Assembly (NCBI GenBank): GCA_002269645.1
Contig: NIVC01000037.1
Coordinates: 310,001-374,000, forward strand
Source: Macrostomum lignano
Taxonomy: Eukaryota
DNA: 64,000 nucleotides
Reading direction: 5' to 3'
Position 1 is the first letter of the stretch. Each line of letters opens with the position of its first letter. This document shows, piece after piece, positions 25,681-37,419 of the stretch. Position numbers and translations under genes: made by a program. The notes beneath the pieces were generated by a model. That model saw only the letters and a program-made list of their open reading frames with translations, was not told the DNA's origin and did no database searches.

Positions 25681-26766
25681 AGGTGCTTGCCATCAGCTCC
25701 TGCGCGGCAGAGCTGCGCCGAAGGCAGCTTAGCGGTCGGAAATTTATTTTTCACTCTGACAGCCAAGCAGCCCTTCGGGCCCTCTGCCGCAGCAACACCA
25801 GCTCCAGGTCCGTCCTGGACTGCAACACCCAGCTCAACGGGCTTGCGCTAGGCAACCAGGTGGAGCTCAGATGGATCCCGGGCCACGCGGTTTCCTCGGC
25901 AACGAGCGCGCTGACCTGCTGGCCAAGGCTGGCTCCGCCGGCGCGCTGTTAGGGCCAGGCCCGGGAGCCCCCATCCCCGCCTCGGTGATCAACTCCCGCG
26001 TTAAGCGCTGGACTGACTCCGAGCATCTCCGCAGGTGGCACGACACCCGGAATTGTAGGCAATCCCGTGCGGCCGTCCCCTGCCCCTACCCTCTCCTGCG
26101 TAGAGCCCTCCTCAGGCTCAACCGCAGACACCTCAGAGCAGTTAGCATGGCCCTCTCCGGGTATGGCTGCTTCTCTCGCCACCGGTTCCTTCAGGGCCAA
26201 GTACCCGAGGAGCGGTGCCCCTTCTGCCGCTCAGGCAGTGAAAATGCCGAGCACTTTATCTGCCACTGCCCTGTCTTCACAACAAGGCCAGGTTCACTCA
26301 CCTCGGGCCAAACCCGGTTCTCTCCGACGTTTGCAGGCCCGAGAGCATCCCGCTGCTCGCCCGGTACCTCAGGGACACGGGACGAGCTGATTTCTTCTCC
26401 ACCGTCGGTGAGGAGGACCGCGCTGCAGGCGAGACCGACGGGTCCCCCTGAGCGAAATCACTTCAACGGAAGTCATTGGCCTGGTCGCCAGGGGCTAGCG
26501 GAATGGGTGGTCCCCTCCGCCTCCTCGCTGCATCCGTCGGACGCCCCCTGCAGCTAAGTCAAGTAAGTCAAGTCATTGGTGACTATCTTCTTGCACACAA
26601 ATGCAGTGGTCCATATTGTCACAATTAAAATCGAGCATTGAAAAATTAACTGAATGCAACTTCAATTTCTACTCTACCATTCTGCGGCGCATTGAGTTAA
26701 TATGCATCACAACACAATAGACAAAAAACTCAATCGATTGAATCCAAATGAGATAATGTACATGCT

Positions 26767-26965
26767 CAGGGACGTCGCCATGGATTTTATGGTGGGGGGG
26801 GGACAAATTAAGCCAAGAATTCGACATGGTACATCTACATGACTAAATTGTGGCACTCATTTTGGCGCCGCAGGCACTCATTTTGGCGCCGCAGGAATTC
26901 CTTTTAGCGCCGCATGCACTCATTCTAGCGCCACAGGCACTCATTTTGGCGCCACAGGCGCTATA
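26767..26965. mobile_element. hAT-like MITE end with 5 copies of a 21-bp repeat
   Basis: CAGGGACGTCGCCATGG..poly-G start and (GGCACTCATTTTGGCGCCGCA)x5 at 26853-26960. The partner end was not found. Confidence 0.35.
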
Positions 26966-27908
26966 TTGATATAACTGGCGCGAGCTAACAAAAAACCTTA
27001 AGTAGCATATTACAACTTTTTAGCCGCATTGTGAATGACCATTTGAATGGAACACTCCTTCACTGTTCTTATCATGGTGTCAGAGGGTTTGGCTGCGAAG
27101 AAAATTTCTAGAAGTTCAGCTTGCATAATTAGAGTTTCTTTTGTTCATTGTGCATGTACAAACAATGCATACAGCATATATCCTACACTTTCGCAGCAAA
27201 AAGTGCAGTGTATAAAAGACTCAGTATAAAATACGATTCAACCGAGATTTTTCATGTTTAGTCGCTTTAACAATTGTTCTTATTGTCTCAACATTAAGCA
27301 GGTGAGACTAGTACCGTGAAAAAGCATATATGTATATGTGTGGTGACTGTGAGGCTTACCACTTTGGCTTATTTTGAAATCGGAGTAAACATGCAAACTC
27401 AATGCAATGGATGACAAATTACCGCCCTGTTTCAAACCCTCCCCCCTCATATGTCACCGAACTGACTGTCGCCGAATTGCCTGTCGCCGAGTCAACCAGC
27501 TGTCGCCGAATTAACTGGTTCCCTGATTTGTCTTTTGGTCTAAATCGCCTTATGTCCATCCACTCGATCACTTTGCTAGAAGTTTTATTGAGGTGTCAGG
27601 TGTGAAATACCAAGTACTAGTTTTTTGTCTACAGACTGCTCACCAGACCAGACTGCTCTACAGACTGCTCAGTACAGAGACAGATGTCAGTTTAAAATAA
27701 AAACGGCTTGCCAAGCGGGCTAAAAATTGTCAGTTTAAACAAAATGAATGTGGCTTTATATCTAGTATGACAAGAAACTGTTTAAAAAAGGCTTATATGT
27801 ATTTTTTTTAACAATTAATGTTATATGTATTAATCTATACGTAAATACGAGCTATTACAATCGGCACGCATGGGTTAACCAAAATTAATTTCTGTCCACA
27901 CGTTATGG

Positions 27909-28172
27909 GGCCTTTTCATATTGCTTGCTCTGGTTCCAGAACCAGAACCAATTTGTGAAGTATAACTTTTTGTCTCCATAAGTAGAGGGAGATACGTGCT
28001 ATAAAGTTTATATTATTGAATGACAATCGCCACGAAGAAAGTGGAAAATTGTGCTAAGTGAGGTTGTTAATGTTAAGGCAATCAAATATTCAACAGAATT
28101 AAATAGTAATACTGCTGTTTTTCTTGGAATTCCGAACCGATTCTGGTTCTAGAATCGGTAATATGAAAAGGG
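27909..28172. mobile_element. Small MITE (PIF/Harbinger-like TIR)
   Basis: GGCCTTTTCATATT..GGTTCCAGAACC and GGTTCTAGAATCGGTAATATGAAAAGGGC are imperfect inverted repeats. Confidence 0.45.
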
Positions 28173-28214
28173 CTAATATCCTCCAGGCCTGTGCAAGCTG
28201 CCTCCCTCCGTCTG

Positions 28215-31200
28215 TCTGTAAAGCTATATTCATATTTCCTATGTGCCTACATTAAGGATGTCAATGGAGGTAGAGGTTTAGATTGTGAGCAGATTTTAGC
28301 AATATAAGTGCATAAAACATTTTTAAACATGGTCTACTTTTTCTGATAATTTAAATATACTAAATATATATACTATAGACAGTAGACTATAGCTAAGATT
28401 GCATAACAAGCAGAGTACATACATCCCAGAAGTGATTGTTATATCTAATTTTCACAAAGTTTTATTTTTTTATTTCTCATGAGCCTAAATGCTATCAAAA
28501 TCTAGCATCAAAATATATTATGTACTTTCTACTAGTACTATATAGATGTATAAAGTTGAGTATCTAGATACAGTTTATATCATTGAGTATTAATTATCTA
28601 ATGACTAGGCCCTTCAATATTTGCATTGAACTCTACACTTCACATAATGAATAAAGTTTAGAATTAAAATTGAAACCTTTGTCAATTCTTAGACTCAGTA
28701 CAAAAAGTTTTATATTTTCAAATAATAATTTATTTTTTTAAATAATAGCCAAAACAAGAGCCATTTATAATAAATAATAGTCAAAAGATGCAAGAATTTT
28801 CCTTATAGGGCCTATATATAGTATATATGGCATATAATATGCCTAGCATTCTTGGCAATATTAGGTAATAATCTTGGTAATTATTTTTTATCTGAATTTA
28901 ATAGACATTAGGTCTAAGGCAATTTCATTTATAAAAGGCAATGACTATTTATTCGTTATTGGATGAATAACATAATTATTATTTGTCTGGTACTGGATAA
29001 ATAAAAGTGAAGTTATTTGTCCAGCATAGTATGGATGTGGATATATAATAAAAACTTGTAAAATACAAAAAACTCAAAAAAGTATATATAGTTCACTTTT
29101 AGGCTAGAAACAGAAAATATTTGTTATGATTAGATAGTGTATTTCTTAGAAATTCTAGAACTTTAGGCAAAAAATACTTGGGCATAGTCTTATATGTCAT
29201 TGCCCAATCTAGTAGATTGTAGCTCAGAACTTGAATCAAATTAATTTTTCCTTATGCTAATATTTATGTAGACTTATCTTTACTTATCTTCTTATCTTTT
29301 ACTTATCTTAGACTTATATTCTAACTTCGCTATTGCTGCTAATTAAGATTATATAGTTTTCAGTCTTATTGTTTATTAAAGTTGCATTTGTAATATCATG
29401 TATGTATGTGTGTATGTATACTTATAAATAGTATGGCTACAACTTTCTGAATACTTCTGAATTTTGAAAGTAGGAGTACAGATATGAATGCTAATTTACT
29501 CCATTTTTTGCAGTTTCAATTGCTTTATCTATGACTACTGTTGTTTTTTAAAACTATTGGCTAAAGAAATCATTGCCGCTATTATCTTGGCTATTGAATA
29601 ATCATTCTCTTCCCATACCTATATTTGTGTAAAAACATGCCAAAAGTGTTACATATCTTCAGGTAGTACATTTATACACAAGTAATATGCATATCTTTGC
29701 AATATAGCTAGGACCATAGAGTCTACCCTATTGCAGCCAATGGCCATTGCTATTATTGTAGACAGTGTTTAGTGCAAATTCTCTTGGTAGTATAGCTATA
29801 GGCATAGTCTAGTGTTATTTAGTATAGAAAAAAGGCAAAAGAGGTGTCTGGCATGGTTTAGACCTTAGTTGCTATAGGAGTCTTGTCTTAGACTTTGAAG
29901 CAGCTGTATAACAGATGGTTTGCAAGATCTAGCTATTGGTCACTATAACTGGCTGTAAATTTAAGGTGCATATGCATACTACATATAAAAAGCCCAATGT
30001 ATTCTATATAAAAGCAAGTATACATATAGACCATATTGCAGCCAAGGTCTAAATTTTATTAAACACCCTCTTTCCTATGCCAAACTGCACTAGCATACCA
30101 AACTACACCTATATTACTGAAGGCCAATCTATTCTAAATATTATCCAAGATAATAGCCATTGACTGCAATAGGGTATATAAATGCTATATTTTTCATATG
30201 ACAATACATATACAAATACACAGTGATTAAAATAGTTTAATAGTTTGCAACCAACTAGGCAGTGAAAGACTTTCTAAAGCAGCTAATGTTAATTTGCTGC
30301 CTTTTTTGCCTAGTCATTCACACAGCATTTGGCTACTTGGTGCAGCAAATGTAGGACCAATGGGTGGACCACATATATAAATATATCAAAGCCACTTGGT
30401 TGGACCCCCTGATTTGGAATATTAAAGATGTTAGCATCCATAATAAGCAGAGCATATGGACAAACAACAAGGTCAAAGGCTAGTGCTGTTATTTGAAGAC
30501 ACATGTACAGAGGCCAGCTATAGCTATATATGCTTCTAGAGTTGCTCTATAAAGAGGCTTTGTTGGCAGATGTGCAGGCCTCTTTTTTTATAGACATCTT
30601 TATAGGCAAAGAAGGCATCTCTTATAGATGTCTAAATAAATTATAGCTAAGTAAACTAAAACAATATACAGTCAAATGTCTTGTTTAAAGACATTGTTCC
30701 AATAGGATTGGAAATTTAATCCCTAGTCTTCAAGTTATGAGTTTTATAAAGCATTTGCATAATGATATAATAGTGTAAATAGTAATAGTATAATAACAGT
30801 ATAATAATATATATATGGCTATATGGCTATATATGCCATATATGCCATATATGGCTATCCTGGCATATATGGCTAAGAGACCAAGGGATAAAGAATGCCT
30901 AATGGCTTAATAAACTAAAAGCCAAGGGTTTACATACAAAAAAAATTAATCATGGCATATATACAAATATGTTTTTTATATGCCAATATGCCAGTTCAAG
31001 GGTGCCATAGATCATGTTGCATGCATATATCTATACACAAAAATAACATCTATAATTAAAAGGTATATATGCTTGTATAATATATATTAATCATCTTAAT
31101 CTTTTTCCCAAAATCCAAAAATGATCATATTTGACTTTCATTGCTAGATAGACTCTTAGACCCTAAAAAGCACCTTAATAGAAATATATAGCCAACTAAA

Positions 31201-32345
31201 ATTCCAAGAATTGCCTTTCACCCTAGAATTAGTATAAAAAAGCTTGGAAATAAAATACCCTAAAGGCTAAGGTTTCTAAAAAGACAGCATCCAAAAAGTC
31301 ATCATTACTAAGAACTAAAATAGCAGAATACTAACCTCAAGAGAGATTTTGCATCTCAAAGGGAAAATTGGCAATAGTCAAGATTATAAAAATCTGATAA
31401 ATCTAATATTTGAAATTCTATTAACCAATCTGCAAAGCATAGTAATAAAGGTCATAACTTAGTAACTATTTTGGATTCACTTTTGTAGTAATTCTAGGTC
31501 TTAGATATCAATATATCTTATCTTAGTGACAAAGCTTCTTTAATCAACGAGTCTTTAAAACCTTTAAAAGTGAAATAGCAGGTACCAGGGTAACAGATAA
31601 GTAACAAGTGACAAAAATAAATAGGTTGCTATATCAGATGAACAATTTCTTGTAATCAAGCTTGCTGAGCATTTCTGTGCTAACTTTCTACTAATATACA
31701 CTTATTAACACCTTCAAACCTGCTGGCTACTCTGCAGCCAACTGCCATCTGCTGAATGCCCACAATAGCTGTCTGTGGCCAGCACAAGTGGCACCTTGCC
31801 ACTTACTCTGAGAAAACCCACTGTGGCTACAGAGCAGCCATCAAATAAACAACACTTTTTTATACACAAGCTCATTAGGTTGAATCTATGGATAATACTT
31901 TGCAGCTATTAGGGTTTTCTAAGAGTGAGTGCTGTGACTGCTTGTGGGCAGACGCAGATGTCTGGCTACTGCAGTCAATGGGTTTTCTTAGAATGAGTGC
32001 AGAGGCTTGAGGTACAGAAGTGGTTAAAGGCTTGCAGTCAACTAGGCTTCTTTGCAATTAGTTAAATTTGGTAGGAATTTGAAAATATTACTATAGGTAT
32101 CAGTATATATTACATTGTTGAAACAATTATAAAAATTCAAATGGATTTAATAAAGCTATCCTAGTTTACAATTAAACAAGTCAGTGTATAGTTTCTAGAT
32201 TCATGGCTCTAGGATTCTATAAAGAGACCAGTTGATTGCTGGCAGTAAACATTATTGTAAACCAAATGGAAAATATTTCATCTAGATTCTATATATTCAT
32301 GAACTGAGCCATCAAACCATACTACTTATTAGCATATGAATTGAA
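28215..32345. other. CpG-void, TpA-enriched block
   Basis: About 5 CG seen by eye in ~4.1 kb, including moderately GC-rich stretches (31700-32050). Hand count for 29701-29880: CG 0, TA 25, AT 16. Confidence 0.85.
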
Positions 32346-35300
32346 CTTTCGAACCTAAATTTTGACAAAGCAATTATTTTGTTTTGGTCTTTTATAGTCT
32401 TTGTATCCTGTGAACTAGGTCATATCCAACCAGTTGACTTAGACTTCTGTGTTGTTTTTTGCAGTGGCAGAAAATCGTTTACTGTTCTGTCATAAGTACC
32501 GGTATATACATTGTGTACATAACTGTACCTGTACTCATACATGCGCAACAGTCGGCCGAGTCGGCCGATCCGGCCGACCGATTTGGCGGCCAACCAAGGA
32601 AGTCGCAAAAATGCCCACCCGAAAACGCCCACTACTTAGTATTAGTACTAAGTAGCTGACGAGGCATTTTGACTTAATAAGACAGTCATAGTTACTCTTG
32701 CCGTTTACCCAAAGTTACGTTAATTTTTTTGTTTTTTTTACATGTAAGTCGCATTTTGGCCAAAAACTACGTCGCATTTTTGTTAAAACTAAGTCGCAAG
32801 GCCGACCGAATTTTGGAGGTTGCGCATGTATGCCTGTACTGCTGATTAATTGGCTGGCAGTCACTTTTTTGTCAGCAATTTTGGCATTGCAGACCCTTGT
32901 CATTTTTAGACTTTTTAGTATATGGATAGATATTTAGACTTTGAATGTCAATTTTTTGTATAAACTTCTTAGCACAAGATAAGAACGTGATAAAATTGAT
33001 AAACTGTTTGCTCTAAAAACTTTCCTGGTTCGACGCCTTGTATTTTAATGTACAAAATCTAAGTCGTCTAAAATGAGTAAGTGTTTGCAAACTGTCCATT
33101 TTACGTACCTGGCCTAGACATTCCTATTCTAACGTGTGCATGGGTGCTGCCCCTGCACTGTTTGGGTCGTCAAACGACCGCTAAGGGCACAGGCAGACTG
33201 TCTAGCTTGGTCTGCACTGCACATTAGCAAATGCAATGCAAGCCTCTTGGCCCCTCCCTTTGTCCGTCTGGGTGAGTCACAGCAGCAATGAGTGTTCTTT
33301 TATCGAAAAAGTTGGTATAGCAGTCTAGTCTAGACTATAATATAACAGCAACAAAATACGCAACCCAGATAAGTAAAGCCACGCCATGAGGTCAGGGTGC
33401 GTCAGATGGCGCACCGCAGCGCAAGCAAGCCAACGGCGTCGCTTAGCAGGTTAAACTATATGGACCCTAGGTTAGTGAGCACTGAGCAGCAGTAGAACGT
33501 CCTGTACCCTGTCGAGGCTGGAGGTAGTATATAATAATATAGACTATTAATCAGATAAAGGTCCCTAAACCATTGTCATTTTTTCCCGATGCCGATACTT
33601 ATGTACCCTCAGTTTCATTTTTGTGTTTTCTCAAAGTAAAAAAGCCTGCGTCATCCAGTACTGTCTAATTTTAGCACTTCCCATCTACCACAACACAGCC
33701 CGCTGCTGTTGGAGGAAAGCTAGAAGTAGTTAATCACTGCTAATAATACCTTATAGTCTTGGCCTTGGAGAAGCAGAAGACACGACTAGACTAAGTTGTA
33801 TATGCTATAATACTAAAGTATGTGCAATACGATCCAGGGGCCGTGGGTCTGGATTGGATTTGTGGGCCCTCTCGTACAGACTTTGTTTTGTGGACTAGTC
33901 TCGGCCCTCTGTAGGGTCCCTCTGTCTGTCTGTCGGTTTGTTAATTTAGTCTGCTTAAAATGTTTAACCGGGGGTCTTGTCTGTGGACTGTGACAGATAT
34001 AGCTTGTGCATTGTATTTGTTATTGGCGCTGGCCTGGACGGTTTATAAGAAAAATTGGACGTTTCGCACTGGTTCAGTCTGCCCCGAGGGCCCCGGCGTT
34101 CTCGGCTTCTTGCTTTCTACCTGCCGGCTGTCGTCGCTTCTTTTGCATACGCCTAGGGTTCTGGGCCCCCCAGCCGCCCTCCTCACCCCTCTGGCCCGGC
34201 TTTTCGCTAAGCTGTGAAGGCAAGCGAAGAAAGGGTGCTGGAGTGGTGAGGGCTGTCTGTCTGTCTGGGTCCCCGTTAAGGCCGTACCGTATGCGTCAGC
34301 TCTGGGTGGGGGTGTAGCCCCACCCTCCGCGCTTGTCTGAGAATATAAAACGAGTGCCCCGGACGCGGCTGCTTTTTTACCAATTGGGGACAACACACAG
34401 ACGAGAGATAGAAAGAGAAACAGGAGGACGCTCAAATAAATCCAACGTGTCCTTTCCCTCAGCCTTCAGACATTTTATTAGGTCCTGATTGTAAATGCGC
34501 GGCAGCATTTTTTCAAAGAACAGCCCCGACAGGTGAAGTGAATTCGCAAGGTATTTTTTCAAGTGAGTTTTTTGCCAGCTCGTTTCGGCTTATTACGGTT
34601 GATGTTTTCCGTATTTCATCTAGGTTTATTAATAGAATCTGACGTCAGTGTAGCGGGGGCGGGGGTAAACCCTCCCTTCAAAATCTGTCCCCTTGTCCCG
34701 TTTTCCGAAATTTCCCTTGCCACTTCGTCGTTTCTTGAACTCTCTTCCCAATCCCAATGTTCTGTCTTTCTGTCCCCGTGTTATTCGCGCTGACAGTCGC
34801 CGCCAGTAAACCTCACTCCACACACAATGCAGCCACTGCTAGATTCCCTAGATTATATTAAGACTAGAGAACCGGCAAGTCGCGCTGCCGTGCATAAATT
34901 GCTGGCAATGGGAAGCACTGAGAGGGGGGTTGAAATGAATTTTGATCCGCTCTTAGCCAATGCCATGCCTATTAGGCTTGGGGTAGCTGCTCTGTGGTTC
35001 TATCTATAAATGTACTGCTTTAGCCTCCAAGCAGCCATTTGCTTCGCGGCGTCCATTCAACCTCCTCTCCTTCCCCCCAGATCTCTTTCCTCCCCTCTAA
35101 CTCTTCCTGTCCCTGTCTGCCACATTTCCCCTTTTTCCCTTCCCAGCCCAATGGCAAGTCCCTTCAGCCCCGAGCAGGCCGCTAGGGGACTTTATAAAGC
35201 CCCTAACTTTGGGGCCGTCAGCGCTGTTGGAATTAAGGATTTGCTAGTGGAGAGCGAGAGAGCGGAAAAGCGGTGGCAGGAGGCCCGTCATTCACTGCGA

Positions 35301-36223
35301 GCTAGTTTTAAGCTAAACAAACTCCGGACCTGCGAGTCCTCCTCTCTGATTTTGCCTGATTCCTCCCGCGCCGACCCCGGTGCCGGTTCCTCTCTTCAAA
35401 TTTGATTGCCTTTGCCCTTTTTACTGGTTGAACAGGTCTCGCTCATTAAAGAAAAAGGTTGCGCTTTAAAGCGCGATAATTTTAGTTAAGTTATTATTCT
35501 TAAGCTCACATGCTGCCCAGCCTCTCGTAGGCCTAATTTTGATTTACTCAGCCCTACTTTCCCTTGAAATTCCCTGTACGCCAACGCTGAGTTATATTAT
35601 TGAATCGATCATTGGCTAGTGGTGAGGTAGTGTGTTGTTCAACTGAGAATTACATCTATGGCGTAGCAGCTGGACAACTCACTAGCTTTCCCTGGCGTCG
35701 ATTGTGCAACGACATATAGTCCATGTGGACTGGCTGCCCCGCCCCGTCTTCTGCTTTACAATATTTACGTGCGTGCTCGTTTCCTCATTGCTTGCTGCAT
35801 TAATACCTTCACCTATTGTTGCTATTCATGTTTTAACGTTGCATACAATACTTTATTATCCTTTCATAACAATTGTCATGAGTTTTAGTGGAGCATATTT
35901 GTTTGTTAGATAAAAACTTTGATGGAAAACAATCAGATCCAGGTTGCATGCAAGATATCCATTTGCTGGCTTTGTATTGGAGCTTGGATTTCGGCAAGTA
36001 ATAATCTGTTTTACCTGTACGCAGTCACGAACGGAACAATGAATTTAACGCAAAGTAAGGCTGCCCGCCACCTCAATATAACAGTATCTCCCTCTCTCTC
36101 TTATGGGCAACTACCTTCGCATTTCAGCCTTAGCGGAGGCTGACCCCCTGCTGCTCTCGTGTCAATTCCAATCCCCGTCTTGGTATTTTCCTCTCCTGCT
36201 CCCAGGGGCTCGACCGTTGCCCC

Positions 36224-36227
<4 letters not shown>

Positions 36228-36280
<53 letters not shown>
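36228..36280. repeat. (CT)n microsatellite
   Basis: Pure CT dinucleotide run. Confidence 0.95.
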
Positions 36281-36283
<3 letters not shown>

Positions 36284-36689
36284 CCTGTCAATCACCTGAC
36301 CGGTACGATGATGCAGAAGCAGCAGCAGTAACAGCGTCAGGTTAAAAAACTTCCTTCTTAAGCGCATCTGCAGTTTCCTAATAGAATCCTATGGCCAGTC
36401 ATGAAATGCATATGCATAGGGATATAGAGACTAGAGTGTGTGTACGTACTGCTGTAGGTTTTCAACTCTAGATCCTTTATCCTTTGGCTAGCGCCTGTGA
36501 ACAACGCTAACATCAGCAACGCACTGGCAGTTGATTGTTATTATTGTGCAATTCAAACGTGACTACTTCTTAACTCAATGATCATAATTTCACTTTCCGT
36601 TTAAAAAAAGTGGCATTCCTTGAGAGATCACTGACCAGCCCAGAGGAATAGAAGCTCATACTGAAGAACAAAATGGCCAACTAAAGCTT

Positions 36690-36885
36690 TGGGGTTGTGG
36701 CGCCCAGCAAAAGTTTGGGGGTTGTTTGCGCTCAGCAAAATCTTGACGGTTTTGGCACTCAGCAAAAACTTAGGGGGTTGTGGCGCCCAGCAAAAGTTTG
36801 GGGTTGTGGCGCCCAGCAAAAGTTTGGGGGTTGTGGCGCCCAGCAAAAGTTTTGGGATTGTGGCGCCCAGCAAAAGCTTGGGTTG
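36690..36885. repeat. Minisatellite, 27-bp unit (GGGGTTGTGGCGCCCAGCAAAAGTTTG)
   Basis: About 7 imperfect tandem copies. Confidence 0.85.
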
Positions 36886-37419
36886 CTGGCGACATTGAGT
36901 ACATAATTTTCGTATGAGTACTCTCCATACTCTTGCCAGTACCAGTATCTTTTCCAGCAAGCATCGAACGCTCCTATCTTCTATGTTCTATCCTAATCCT
37001 GGTACAACCCAAACATCGTCTTTCCTGAAGTTGCAGCAGAAGAGTCTCGGGGAAAATTTTCGGGCAAACCTTTTTTCAGGAAAATCTCATAGATATTGTA
37101 GTTTTTCTTCAACTATACCTACCTAGTCCGCGACGCCCTCTTTACATGATATTCCCAAGTGGACTCCCGCCTATAAACTTCCTTTAATTTTTCTTTTGAA
37201 GTTTGCCGCTTTTGCTGCTGATTTTTGTGCTTTCGGTGTTTTTTCACACTTGGGTCTGGGATTAAAGTTGGTTTTACAAAAGCTAACACCTTTTAAAACA
37301 TATTTGCACTTTTACAGGCGTGGCACATCACGGTTTAGTTGAATTTCGGGTATAGAAAAAGAAAAATTGTATCTATTTTAAGTTTTATTGTTAATTCGGG
37401 TCTATGAGAAGTTCCTGCA

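Larger units (their letters stand above)
17554..26571 (+). mobile_element. 5'-truncated non-LTR retrotransposon with RNase H (I group, LOA/Lian-like), interrupted by a Gypsy element
   Basis: ORF1 remnant at 17554-18417. ORF2 starts at 18414 with an APE domain (QINTQH, VFVQEPW, SAYFP, GDVNAH, SDH), then RT (FRPISLTS, QHAFRAGRSTE, FLDIEGAFD, GGPQGGVLTP, YGDD), RNase H (YTDGS..SVFQSEV|LAI..IFHSDSQAAL..LRWIPGH) and a CPFC..HFICHCP knuckle. Tail is (AAGTC)n. 15-bp TSD GTCATTGGTGACTAT at 17539-17553 and 26572-26586. Multiple frameshifts. Confidence 0.93.
14062..27520 (-). mobile_element. Mutator-like (MULE) DNA transposon host with nested insertions
   Basis: Inverted ends with subterminal TTCGGCGAC repeats: CCAGTTAATTCGGCGAC... 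at ~14064 and ...GTCGCCGAATTAACTGG at ~27516. MULE transposase remnants lie between them. No TSD was found, so linking both ends to one element is an inference. Confidence 0.55.

Noticed and set aside
18414-26200. Programmed frameshifting as the reason for the many broken ORFs in the LINE and Gypsy pol
   Set aside because: The frameshifts are scattered inside conserved domains with no slippery-site pattern. They are more simply decay or long-read consensus indel errors.
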